Shown here: in pieces, positions 28,041 to 38,507 of the stretch | Layout: each line of letters begins with the position of its first letter | How positions within the stretch are numbered: position 1 is the first letter of the stretch | Virus record (IMG/VR): IMGVR_UViG_3300040807_001487 | Location: 285 to 64,284 of that record | Length of the DNA: 64,000 bases | DNA from: a virus | Lineage: Duplodnaviria; Caudoviricetes | Reading direction: 5' to 3' (one strand) | The notes under the pieces: generated by a model | What the model was told of the DNA's origin: nothing | Database searches by the model: none | Seen by the model: only the letters and a program-made list of their open reading frames with translations | Program-made: the position numbers and the translations under genes

Positions 28041-31000
28041 TTAGCCAGCACCTATGTCTAAATCTACGTATTGTGTGTATCCAGCTGTTTGTGACAGCGG
28101 GACCAAATCTACGTGTCCAACGTCATTGGCGTAAAATAGGAATAAATCATATAAATTGCTGGCATTTGGATTGGTGATTCCTATGGTTGTAGACTTGCTG
28201 CCATACAAAACGCCGTCTTCACCATTTGATTTTGGTAAACAGTTTACTTCGCCATGCTTTTTTGGATAATTTGTCTCATACAGTTTGTCATACACAATCC
28301 CAGTATGGAATAATATAACTGCATCATTTATCCTAATTGGAGCGCCATACAGCGTATTTTCTGGATTTTGTGGATCAGCAAAAGAAATCGAGAAATCTGA
28401 CGGTAAATATCCTTCGCCCTGCTCTATTACCTCAAATGATTTAATAGATCCAGCCTCTGCTTCTGTAATTTTTATTTTTACAGAGTTTGCTTTGCCAAGA
28501 TTTTTAAATTCTGCTTCGCTGACAAAATTTGTACCACCCTCAATAATTGTATAATTAGACGAATTGATACCAATAACACGACGCAAGTGCCTAAAGCCAA
28601 AGTTTTCATTAACCATCATGCCTCTGCACACCGTATTAACCCTCCATTCCTCATATGGCCTTAAGATTGCCAAGGTTTCCTCATCGCTTGGCCCACTAGC
28701 AACACCTCTGCTATTTATAAGTTGACCAACTGAAACTATCTGATTGTCTAAATCTGGCTCAAGAGGATTTCCAAAAGTGGGAACTCTAAAATCTACATCA
28801 TAACTTATTGTATCTACTGTCCTTTCATATTTTATTGCAACAAGACTAGACGTTGATTGGCTAGAAGGTATCCAATCATCTATGTCGGCTTTCACCCCTT
28901 CGTCTATTAATGAAGATTCCGCAAAAGTTGCTAGCTTACCAGATGTAAAATGTAAAGGCTGGAAATATCTAACATCATAAATAGTGTCTTCGTCTGGCCA
29001 GTGGTCATATATCTTGGCGCGAAGCGTACTACCACCCCAAACATCTGGTAAAATGGTGCTTTGGCTTCCCCACTGTGGAAAACCATATGTACGTATCGCG
29101 TTACTGCCTCCACCAAAAGCAAAACCTCCACCAATTGGCAATATACTAATTGGACTAACTTGGCCTCCAGTAACGCTAGTAAATTTAGGTAAGCCGAGAT
29201 TGTAATTAGCATCAAACTGGACAGATGCACCACCGCCAACCTTGATAGTATTTTTACCAGCTGTAATTCCTAGTAAATTAGAGCCTTCATACGCTTCGCC
29301 TCTAGGATCTTCGTCTATGTCAAACGGAGATCCAACAGGTACGCCAAGCGGCATTGATCTTGGTTTTTGTTGAACTTGCTGGTCCCAAGGTATTGGAGAT
29401 GTGTATCCATCTGGAACGATTAGCCCCTCTCTGTCTTTCATTGCGCCAAATATTTGATCGTATTTATTTATGCCACTATCTAAAACAGAAAATGCATCAC
29501 CGCTATTTTCAACCATAGCCCAAGAAAGTGGAATGATTTGTAATTTATTTTTTGTTACCGGCTCAAGATCGTAAAACGAAGAGCCGTCTCCAGCTACACT
29601 AATCCAAGAATATCTCTCATTAGAATATCTATATTGGTTATACGCAATTGCGAAATTGTCGGTCGTGGATTCAATATCAGATAAAATCCTAAGACTTTCT
29701 ATTGGTGAACCATTAACGCCGAATGGAGATGCGTTTAAGGCTATATCTGCTGGAAGTTGATAAAAATTAAAATCAAAATCATCATCAAACATACCCCCAG
29801 TAGTACTTTGATCATAATCTGAGCTTGTAATATTTAAACTGGGATCACTACCGAAAAAGCTTGTGAGTCCATTGTATTGCACATCTATGTTTTTGTCATT
29901 AATCGCCAAAGTTCTACTTGAGGCAAAACCCTCTGGAAATAATGGCCCCCACCAAAGACCTATTTCCGACATAACTTCTGCGACAGATGGAGCTTCTGAA
30001 CCGTTTGGTATAACTCTATTGTTTCTGCCTATAATATTTCCAAGCTGATTTGTTCCACCCATATGAGATCCAACCATGTCAAAGCTGGTGGTCTCCATAT
30101 ATTTTGTACTTGGAGTAAATTGTATATCATCTATATTTTCTGGAAAATCTGCTTCTGCTATATTAACATTTTCAAGTGAGACAGACGGTGAAGCATTAAG
30201 CTTTGCTAATAAGTTAATATCATTGATTCCGTCCATAGATAGCGCTTCATCTGCAAACAAGTTGTTGAGATCTCTATAAAACATAACTTTCATTCTTGAA
30301 GCGTAAGCATCTCCAAAAACAAGGATTTCATAACCGCCGCCATCTCCAGTTTTGTAATAATTATCATCTAATAAGAATGAATCAGAATTTACCATCATCT
30401 TTTTGAATGACCATTTGCCAAACTTAAGTCCCGGAGGTTCTAACGTTTGTTCTCCGAAGTCTATTAGTATCCACTCGTTGTCTATTAACATACAAAGAAC
30501 AACGTCGTTTTGTTTAAAAGATTTAGCCGCCCTATTTACAACCCTGATTTTTTCTTTTTTGAAAGAAGTCTTATCTATGATATTTGGACCAAAAGTATGC
30601 GGATTGCCATTATGAACTGTCATCGGTATTGCAAAACCCGTTGTAAAAGCAGATGTATAATATAACGAATCGGGATTATACAGATCAGAAGAAGAAAGAT
30701 TGTCAATATTATTCATATCGATCTGTGGTATCGGAGCGGGGTCAATGTCTTGTATCAACCTTGCTAATATTACTTGTGTTCCAGACTCGAAATACCCAAG
30801 ACCTTCATTGTATGATAATCTCAATTTGGCAGCAACTTTTGCCGATTGGTCATCTTGATCAATACTAAATTTGCTTTTATTCTGAACTTTGTAAAAACCT
30901 ATATTGTCTTTGTCTTTTTGTTCTTCTGTAAGTCCGAAGTGGTATTTTCTTCCAGTTGGTATTCTTGGTATGGCAGAGATTTTAGGATCTCCATTAATTG

Positions 31001-31502
31001 CCAAATCTCTTGAATTATTTCTCTTTTGCCTATTCTGAAAGTGCAGCTTGTAAAGTGGGCCGCTGTTACCAAAAGGATAAAAATGAATACAGCCGTGTAA
31101 ACTTTTTTGGACATCTTTAATGATATTTAACTTATCTTGATTTGCGGCGTTGATAGTATCTGCTATCTGAGACGCATCGTGAGCATCAACAAGTTCAGTC
31201 AAATTTTTGTTATAATCTTTTTTCTCATAACTTCCTGTTTCTTGATTAAACAAAAAATAGTAAGAAATTGTTTCACTTTCATTTCCGGTGATTTTATTTT
31301 GTATATCTCTTATGTCTTGAGCGTCAAACGAATGTGTGCATTTAAAGGACTGTTTAGCTAAATTGTATACCGACTCATCAGACAAAAATTCATTGACAGC
31401 ATCTTTTGAAAATGAAACAATGCCTAAATTATTGCAAGCCAGATCGTCTGTGCTGTAAGAATGAAATCCAGCATTTGTATTATTTAGTAATCCTTTAAAC
31501 AT
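28041..31502 (-). CDS. Large putative tail/baseplate protein
   Basis: 1153-aa ORF in the tail module downstream of the tape measure. Confidence 0.55.
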   Translation of the reverse strand: MFKGLLNNTNAGFHSYSTDDLACNNLGIVSFSKDAVNEFLSDESVYNLAKQSFKCTHSFDAQDIRDIQNKITGNESETISYYFLFNQETGSYEKKDYNKNLTELVDAHDASQIADTINAANQDKLNIIKDVQKSLHGCIHFYPFGNSGPLYKLHFQNRQKRNNSRDLAINGDPKISAIPRIPTGRKYHFGLTEEQKDKDNIGFYKVQNKSKFSIDQDDQSAKVAAKLRLSYNEGLGYFESGTQVILARLIQDIDPAPIPQIDMNNIDNLSSSDLYNPDSLYYTSAFTTGFAIPMTVHNGNPHTFGPNIIDKTSFKKEKIRVVNRAAKSFKQNDVVLCMLIDNEWILIDFGEQTLEPPGLKFGKWSFKKMMVNSDSFLLDDNYYKTGDGGGYEILVFGDAYASRMKVMFYRDLNNLFADEALSMDGINDINLLAKLNASPSVSLENVNIAEADFPENIDDIQFTPSTKYMETTSFDMVGSHMGGTNQLGNIIGRNNRVIPNGSEAPSVAEVMSEIGLWWGPLFPEGFASSRTLAINDKNIDVQYNGLTSFFGSDPSLNITSSDYDQSTTGGMFDDDFDFNFYQLPADIALNASPFGVNGSPIESLRILSDIESTTDNFAIAYNQYRYSNERYSWISVAGDGSSFYDLEPVTKNKLQIIPLSWAMVENSGDAFSVLDSGINKYDQIFGAMKDREGLIVPDGYTSPIPWDQQVQQKPRSMPLGVPVGSPFDIDEDPRGEAYEGSNLLGITAGKNTIKVGGGASVQFDANYNLGLPKFTSVTGGQVSPISILPIGGGFAFGGGSNAIRTYGFPQWGSQSTILPDVWGGSTLRAKIYDHWPDEDTIYDVRYFQPLHFTSGKLATFAESSLIDEGVKADIDDWIPSSQSTSSLVAIKYERTVDTISYDVDFRVPTFGNPLEPDLDNQIVSVGQLINSRGVASGPSDEETLAILRPYEEWRVNTVCRGMMVNENFGFRHLRRVIGINSSNYTIIEGGTNFVSEAEFKNLGKANSVKIKITEAEAGSIKSFEVIEQGEGYLPSDFSISFADPQNPENTLYGAPIRINDAVILFHTGIVYDKLYETNYPKKHGEVNCLPKSNGEDGVLYGSKSTTIGITNPNASNLYDLFLFYANDVGHVDLVPLSQTAGYTQYVDLDIGAG

Positions 31503-31503
31503 A

Positions 31504-34500
31504 TTATTCCTCGTAGGTTGTTAAATCGTCTTCTGTCGTGTTTGCAATATTAACTTCGGGGTAAAAGTCTTTTCTTGTTTCATGGAAAGAATCTTTTTTA
31601 TAGCTCATATTAATATAATTTGGATCGTTTGAAATAGGTGCATACATATCTTTCCAAGATCCACCAGCGGAATTAGAGAAAGAAACACTGGCAGTTTCAA
31701 TAGAGTTAAAATTTTCTGATATCAAGCCCGTATCGTTTAGAGACTGAGCAGACATTTCTATGCCCTGTCTAAAGATATCTGTTGACTCTTTGGTGTCATA
31801 GTTGTGACCTTTTGTTTTATTTTTTACCACAGAGGCAACTATGCTGGTTGGATGGCTACCATTATTTTTACTAAGTAAATATTTATTTGCTTGTTCTGCA
31901 TTCTTGACATCTTCTTCTATTTTATTGTAAAGTGTTTGATAGTCTTGATTCTTTTGGTTTTTAGCCATACCCTTTCTAATTAGCGCATTTTTCTCATCCC
32001 TCAACTTTAACTTTTCTCTTGCCGTCTGTTGTAATTTATGCTGCCTGTATTTGTGAAGTTTACCAAAACTGACAGTATAAAGATCTAGTTGAACCGTAGT
32101 GTTAATGCCAGCGTCAGAAATACTAACATTTATATTAGTTACAAGTGGTCCTTTGGACTTTAATTCTTCTGCTAAATAAACATTTTTTGGAGCGTCTGCA
32201 TAACTAAATCCACCCCTTTCGGACAATAGAAGTAAATTGTTTGCAAACTCAGCTTGAAGTTTTCCAGCCTCGTTTAACCCCTTGTATCCAGCATAATTCC
32301 AAGGAGAAAAATTCTCATCCTTAATAAACTCTACTGGTCCACCAAGCTCTATAAATCTTTCCGGTAATGGAGCGCCTTTATTTTGTTCGTCTTCTGTTCG
32401 TGTGTCGATCCACTGAGAACCCCAAGGACCATAACACCTTTCTGTAGACCTTAAAGGTAAAGCCACTAAATCTGGAACAACGGGAGAAGGCACAGTAAAA
32501 TCTATCTGTTGCGGGAATGCATATTGTAACTTTTCTAAAATTTTAATAGAATTTTTTGTCACTTCTGCATTGCTTTTCTCTCCTTCTTCGCAAGATATCG
32601 GTTGATCTAACGAAGCTGGCTTGATACAATAAGCCAATGTTTCAAATGGGCTAAAATTCTTAACAACGTCCATTGTAAGAAAGTGTTTTACTGATTCTGG
32701 TTTTAATGACTGATACGGGCCGTCTCTAAAACGAGAATCTTTAGTTGGCTCTACTCTGGAAGGAAGTGTTATTAGAACATATACAGAATCTAAATCTCTG
32801 TCATATGAATCTGTGTTTATATATGTTCTTTCGCTTCCTGCTATTGTTTGAGTTTTTGTGGAAAACTCATAAATATCTTGCCCCTTACTAACTTTGTTTG
32901 GATTATCAAGGCTTGGGGCAAAGTGAGTTCTTGCATAGGTAGAAACTACATTATAAGCATCCGAATCTTTAATATATATTTCTTTTGGTTGACTTATCTC
33001 AGGAGTTCCATCAGAAACTGTGTTGTACACATTGCCTTCGTATAGCACAAGATCTGGAAGATAATAAAATTCTGAATCGATACTACATTTAAGAAACGCT
33101 ACGCTTTTCTGAGATTCGTCTTGTTTGTTTGCGTCGTAGAAAGTATGAAAATTACCAGCCTCAGAGTCTATGTTATCTAATTCATAAGCGATGTCTGGAA
33201 CTCTACCGCCAGCTACTATTTTTTCTTGAGTGAAATCATTTTTATCCATAGATCCGAAGAACAAGTTTTCGCTATGATCAAATCTAACATATGCAGAAAT
33301 TCTATTGTTTGTATTAATAAATTTTGGTAAATCTAAAGGAACTAGTTGATTCTCTAGTCCTGAAAAACCCAAAGCGTCACTTCCTCCAGTTCTTATGGAA
33401 ATAGATTGATCTGAAGACAATAATTCTTTATATATGTCTTCTGCAAAAAATCCACCTTCTGTATCTGGATAATAATTGAATTCATATTTGTCACTAAATG
33501 GATTGTAATTAGAACCAAGCGCTCCTAAAAAGTTTGTTTGATCGGAAGAAACTCCAGATGATAAGTAAGAAGTGATTGGATAAGTTGAAGAATCACATTG
33601 TAGTTTATACGATGTTTTAAAATCTTTATCGTGTTTATTTATCGCTTCGCTCGTTTTTGGATACGGCCTGAAGCCAAACGGCCCATTCTTGTATATTTGG
33701 TCAGTCTCTCCGTATGATATCTCTTTATCAAAACAAAAATTGACATTTCTTGGTATCTTAACTAAGTATTTTTTACCTAAACATTCACTAGCAATGTTCT
33801 TTAGAAATTCATGAACAACCTTAGCGTTCTTTGTTCCCTTTTTGAAGAATTTGCTAAAAGAAGCGGATGTTTTGATGGAGTTCTCGATTCTTTCTTCCAC
33901 TAAGAATACATTTGCTCCGTTTTTTATTTTTTCCAATATAGAGCCAGCGAGTTCGCTAAGTAACTCTCTTCCTTCTCCTGCATAAATCTTATTTTTAATA
34001 CTATCCCAAGTTTGATTCACAATGGCTATATATTTTTCTTCGGTTTGGTCTTCTCCAGCAGGAAGAGAGTCTTTAAGTTTTTGTAAATCTGGAGCTATTT
34101 GAGTATTCCAATAATATTGTATATTTACTAATCCAGCTTGAGGAATTCCTAAGTTTAATGCTCTCTTATAATAAAGAGGCCAGCCAAACGGAGGGTTGCA
34201 AGTTTTGGTTCCTTGCTCGTCACTATTGCCATAGTGCTTATAAACAGACCTTGGAACAGTAACTCCATAGACTTTATCTTGCTCTTGTGGTATTGGATTG
34301 TCATCTGTCCCAAGATTAATATCTGTGGGCGATTTGCCACCTCCAGACAGTTGATCGCCATCCATCGGCTCTAAATACACATTATTATATTGCATTAAGA
34401 ATTCTACCCACTTATCATAACCAGCAAGTGCGCATCTTAATTCAAGCTCGGTAGCAACATAATAATTACCAACACCGTCAGCATCCACTCCAGTGGAATC

Positions 34501-36087
34501 TAAAAGAATTTGTTGATAAGCACCCCAGCCTCTGGGTGGCGCAACGTGATTGTTACCAAGCGTTCCGTAAAATGGTATTACCTGTTGCGTGATAGCATTG
34601 GATAAACGCCATTGATCACCAAGAGATGTCGCTGACTCAGTGTTACCAGACTCTCTTTTTTTAGCCATGTTGATATTGTCTTTGTCGCAATTAGTTGTAA
34701 AAAAGTGCATTGTAGTTTCTTGTGCGCCAACGACGAATTTATCAGTAGTAATATTAGATAATTCAAAACCAACATCGCTATTCTTTACATATATCTCTTG
34801 GTTCTTTAAGTCTTTAAGATATTCCTGTATGGCCCCTATGGATCTTTGTTCTTTTCTTTCTATTACACCAACGTGTATAATGCCAGTGATTAAATCTTCC
34901 TCTTTTGCGGTTTTATTTTTTTCGTATAAAGCGGACCATTTTCCATAATTTATAACTGGTAATAATGTGACATATAGATCAGTATTAGTAATGTCACACA
35001 TTTCTAGACATAAATCTAAAAGAGTCATGCTGTCAAAATCCAAAGAATAAAAATCTGGTACTGCTGGAAGACCAGACAAATCTACTAGATATTTCAATCC
35101 TCTGAAATTGATCTTGTCGCCAAATGACATATCTTTGTATTCTTGTGGTAAATACTCAGCATTTACGCCCATTAACGCATTAACAGATTGAGCAACTCTA
35201 TAAAACGGGATACCTCTATCTGACCTTCTGGAAAAACCAGTTCCAGTAATTGGAAATCCAGAATAAGATACATCGCTTGATAAATATGAATCTGTTCCAC
35301 CATACGACACTTTGCCGTCAGCAGCAACGGTTCTTGTTAATACATTTTTGGCATCTTCTCCACCAAGCTCTTCCACGGTGTTTTCACTAGCATTATGCTC
35401 TAAAAATCCATATAGATTATAAAGATTGTCTGTCTTGTTTATGGAGCCGGTAAAATTATTTAAGATGAGATTTACACTGTTAAGTATTTCTCTTGGGTCT
35501 GAAACTTTTACCGAATAAACAGAGTTTCCCTGCGGGGATCTTGTTTCAACAAATGATTGCAAAATGCCACCAAATGTAATATGGCCTCTTCCGATGTTTT
35601 TGTCTTGCTGTACTATAACTGTTCCACTTTTTTCAAAATCATAATATTCATTGTCTTGTAACTGATCTCTAACAACTCCAGAAATAGCACCCTGATAATC
35701 TCCATCTTTAATCGTCACTCCAGAAGCCGTAGTTCCACTACCATAAATGTAATCATAAACTCCCAAATACGCTTCTTCTACATTTGCATAATCTTTGCCA
35801 AAAGTAAAAAACACTGGGGAACCAACAAAAGGAGGGACAAATTCATCATGCTTACCATTATGATACACATCAACTCCAGAACCTTGACCTGTTCCATCGG
35901 ATGTATTGTACTCGTCTTCAACTAAATCTATGGAAAGGGTAGAGCTTTCATCGCCAAACCCAGCACTCATCGTAAAATTACGTATAGAAGCACCCAAGAA
36001 CGTTTGTTGCTTATACCCACGGTCTTGAAAAGTCAAGCCGCCAGTTGAAAAATCATACGGTATATTTGTTTGAACGCCGTCATCCAT
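31504..36087 (-). CDS. Large putative tail hub/baseplate protein
   Basis: 1527 aa. N-terminal FLGASIRNF..STLSIDLVED..FGGILQS and C-terminal VTNINVSISDAGINTTVQL strands are typical of tail hub proteins. Confidence 0.55.
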   Translation of the reverse strand: MDDGVQTNIPYDFSTGGLTFQDRGYKQQTFLGASIRNFTMSAGFGDESSTLSIDLVEDEYNTSDGTGQGSGVDVYHNGKHDEFVPPFVGSPVFFTFGKDYANVEEAYLGVYDYIYGSGTTASGVTIKDGDYQGAISGVVRDQLQDNEYYDFEKSGTVIVQQDKNIGRGHITFGGILQSFVETRSPQGNSVYSVKVSDPREILNSVNLILNNFTGSINKTDNLYNLYGFLEHNASENTVEELGGEDAKNVLTRTVAADGKVSYGGTDSYLSSDVSYSGFPITGTGFSRRSDRGIPFYRVAQSVNALMGVNAEYLPQEYKDMSFGDKINFRGLKYLVDLSGLPAVPDFYSLDFDSMTLLDLCLEMCDITNTDLYVTLLPVINYGKWSALYEKNKTAKEEDLITGIIHVGVIERKEQRSIGAIQEYLKDLKNQEIYVKNSDVGFELSNITTDKFVVGAQETTMHFFTTNCDKDNINMAKKRESGNTESATSLGDQWRLSNAITQQVIPFYGTLGNNHVAPPRGWGAYQQILLDSTGVDADGVGNYYVATELELRCALAGYDKWVEFLMQYNNVYLEPMDGDQLSGGGKSPTDINLGTDDNPIPQEQDKVYGVTVPRSVYKHYGNSDEQGTKTCNPPFGWPLYYKRALNLGIPQAGLVNIQYYWNTQIAPDLQKLKDSLPAGEDQTEEKYIAIVNQTWDSIKNKIYAGEGRELLSELAGSILEKIKNGANVFLVEERIENSIKTSASFSKFFKKGTKNAKVVHEFLKNIASECLGKKYLVKIPRNVNFCFDKEISYGETDQIYKNGPFGFRPYPKTSEAINKHDKDFKTSYKLQCDSSTYPITSYLSSGVSSDQTNFLGALGSNYNPFSDKYEFNYYPDTEGGFFAEDIYKELLSSDQSISIRTGGSDALGFSGLENQLVPLDLPKFINTNNRISAYVRFDHSENLFFGSMDKNDFTQEKIVAGGRVPDIAYELDNIDSEAGNFHTFYDANKQDESQKSVAFLKCSIDSEFYYLPDLVLYEGNVYNTVSDGTPEISQPKEIYIKDSDAYNVVSTYARTHFAPSLDNPNKVSKGQDIYEFSTKTQTIAGSERTYINTDSYDRDLDSVYVLITLPSRVEPTKDSRFRDGPYQSLKPESVKHFLTMDVVKNFSPFETLAYCIKPASLDQPISCEEGEKSNAEVTKNSIKILEKLQYAFPQQIDFTVPSPVVPDLVALPLRSTERCYGPWGSQWIDTRTEDEQNKGAPLPERFIELGGPVEFIKDENFSPWNYAGYKGLNEAGKLQAEFANNLLLLSERGGFSYADAPKNVYLAEELKSKGPLVTNINVSISDAGINTTVQLDLYTVSFGKLHKYRQHKLQQTAREKLKLRDEKNALIRKGMAKNQKNQDYQTLYNKIEEDVKNAEQANKYLLSKNNGSHPTSIVASVVKNKTKGHNYDTKESTDIFRQGIEMSAQSLNDTGLISENFNSIETASVSFSNSAGGSWKDMYAPISNDPNYINMSYKKDSFHETRKDFYPEVNIANTTEDDLTTYEE

Positions 36088-36089
36088 AA

Positions 36090-36749
36090 TTAAAATCCTC
36101 CACCGCCGCCACTGCTGCCGTTTTCATCAGATGGGGCTTCGTCAATATCTGTATTTGGATCTTGAGTAAATGCGCCGCTTGAAATACTTGTTTGAAATAC
36201 ATAATAATCAGAGTATGGATCTAAGTACTTTGTAGCTACTTTAAAGTTTTCTGCATAGTCTACTTTAATAACGCCAAAGCTTCCGGGAGCATAATGTATA
36301 TAAGGATTAAAAGCTGGGGTGTCGTAAAGACCCTTCGTGATAGCATTTTTTCTTGTTTCATTTGCATTTGATAAAGCGTCATTACTGTAAGGAAAAGAAA
36401 ATTCCTTTGGCTCTAAAAAAGAATTACTTTCTATATACTCAGAAAATGAATCACCAGAAGGAGAAATAATAGCGTCATTATTTAAGAGGCTATATTTATC
36501 TGTATCATGCTTCCAAGTTGATGCGTCTATGTGTACAGCTGGATCTGATGTTTTGTTTGTAAATTCTTGAAAATGTGATTCCCCAGAAGGATACAATACT
36601 GCGCTTACATACTCTTCTTGGTTTAGCGTTTCAGTAAAGTCATGCTTGTTGATAACTCTAGGGCCAGTATAGCCAGTACTAGTCCTATCAATGTCTTCAT
36701 ATTTGTTGAATTTATTTAACGAGTTTGGATCTGGAGGATTTCTTGCCAT
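36090..36749 (-). CDS. Hypothetical tail-module protein
   Basis: 219 aa; ends ...NGSSGGGGGF. Confidence 0.55.
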   Translation of the reverse strand: MARNPPDPNSLNKFNKYEDIDRTSTGYTGPRVINKHDFTETLNQEEYVSAVLYPSGESHFQEFTNKTSDPAVHIDASTWKHDTDKYSLLNNDAIISPSGDSFSEYIESNSFLEPKEFSFPYSNDALSNANETRKNAITKGLYDTPAFNPYIHYAPGSFGVIKVDYAENFKVATKYLDPYSDYYVFQTSISSGAFTQDPNTDIDEAPSDENGSSGGGGGF

Positions 36750-38506
36750 TATGTTTGTCCTGTAATTGGCTCAGGGGTAGTCGAGCTAGAAGGCGTAGGA
36801 TTGCGAGAATCTTCTAATTCATAAACCCAAGATAAATTCAAGCTATATCTACCTTCTTTCGGGGTCCAATTTTCTGTCGGTGGATTAAGAAAACACTTTC
36901 TTAGTGCTGGTTCAGACATGGGGCTTAATTCCTTAACTAGACCATTAATTTGACTTCTGGTTGGTTCGTTCAAAGACGGCTTAGAAAGAATAAGCTTTTT
37001 CCTGATGTTAGCGCCGGTGTTATTTCCATAGTCTATATCCGTGTAATCAAAAACTAATTCTATTGATATATCTCTACGATATTCTGTTCTGCCACCAATG
37101 TATTGTAGAACTGGCCCAGTTGGTCTTCCTATTACTGGTATCAATGCGTATAAATCTCCCGGATATGTATCATTAACACTGATAACTTCAGATATTGCTT
37201 CAGTCACCACGTTTTGAGGTCTGTTATCAAATTGAATATTGTAAGTGATTTCACCGGCAAATTTATCTTCTGACAAACCAATTGAAAGAGGTTGTGGATT
37301 TAATCCCGGCTGAACTATACTATTAGCTCGTCTGTAAAGGTGAGAATTTATTCCAAATACGCCTGTATTAGAAACTTCGTGATATTTCTTGAGTGCGTTT
37401 TCGTAAGGTCTTGCTAAATTTCTGTCGTCATCACCTCCGTAAAAAGTTCCACTGGGGCTAATTGATGAGACACCCTTGATAGTTCCATTTAATGTAACTC
37501 CAACGTATGGACTGTCATTAGAGCTAGATATTGAAGCAGAATAATTTTCAAAAGCTGTCCCGCTACACATCAACCAAGTGTCGGTAATGTTAACAACGCC
37601 AGCTGTTTTGTCTATGTTCTCTACTCTGAAATGGTTGTATCCACCAAAACTATCAGAAAGACCTATAACGTCTGGTGCAAAAGAGGAATATTTTACCATT
37701 CCCGGATAATCTTCAACAGCATTTGTTAGTATACTTTTTCTTGCAAAGTTTTTTGCTTCACTCCACGCTTCGTATTTTACAAATCCTTCATCACCATCTT
37801 CGTAATACGATCTACCAGTAATGCTAACATCTCTAGTTATCCTATAAGATTTAGGTGTGACAATTTCATCATAATTAGTACCAGTAACTCCTAGTGATTC
37901 GTCTACTTCAATAGACCAAGATTCCGACATGTCAGAAATAATGCCACCAAAACCTTCTCTAATTGTACTTATACTTGAACTAATATTTGAACCAGTAAAA
38001 GATTTATTATCATCAGTAGTCTCTATCAAAGCGGCCATAACGTCGCCATCGTGTACCCCATCGCCGTCATCCATCATGAAGTCTGCTTCAAAAGTAGCAG
38101 TGTAACGACACGTATTGACGAAGACGCCATCTTCAAAATTTAAAGACTGTAACTTGGCGTAAAATCTAGTGTCTGGAACTTGACTACCATCTGTATTATT
38201 AATTTCAAATCTTAATACTGGCGCTGAAAATAAACCTCTTAACTCCTGTTGTTTAGAAATAATTGTATAAGCTGCGTCTTTGTCTTCTACAGAGCTTGAA
38301 GTTCCAGCGTTTGAATTAGTGCCGCCATAAGTACCACCATTGTCAATTATTGTTCCAGTTAGGGTGATCGTGTACCGACCACCAAAAGTTCCCATAGAGT
38401 TACGAAGAGACTCTCTCTGGATACCAATAAGTGGGGTTGGTCTAATATAACAAGGGTTGGTTGAAGCGGATTCTTTGAATATCTGTAATATTTTATTATC
38501 GGCCAT
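36749..38506 (-). CDS. Putative tail protein (distal-tail-like repeated beta modules)
   Basis: 585 aa with repeated YTITLTGTI / VTLNGTIKG-type strands; Ser/Thr/Pro-rich C-terminus. Confidence 0.5.
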   Translation of the reverse strand: MADNKILQIFKESASTNPCYIRPTPLIGIQRESLRNSMGTFGGRYTITLTGTIIDNGGTYGGTNSNAGTSSSVEDKDAAYTIISKQQELRGLFSAPVLRFEINNTDGSQVPDTRFYAKLQSLNFEDGVFVNTCRYTATFEADFMMDDGDGVHDGDVMAALIETTDDNKSFTGSNISSSISTIREGFGGIISDMSESWSIEVDESLGVTGTNYDEIVTPKSYRITRDVSITGRSYYEDGDEGFVKYEAWSEAKNFARKSILTNAVEDYPGMVKYSSFAPDVIGLSDSFGGYNHFRVENIDKTAGVVNITDTWLMCSGTAFENYSASISSSNDSPYVGVTLNGTIKGVSSISPSGTFYGGDDDRNLARPYENALKKYHEVSNTGVFGINSHLYRRANSIVQPGLNPQPLSIGLSEDKFAGEITYNIQFDNRPQNVVTEAISEVISVNDTYPGDLYALIPVIGRPTGPVLQYIGGRTEYRRDISIELVFDYTDIDYGNNTGANIRKKLILSKPSLNEPTRSQINGLVKELSPMSEPALRKCFLNPPTENWTPKEGRYSLNLSWVYELEDSRNPTPSSSTTPEPITGQT

Positions 38507-38507
38507 A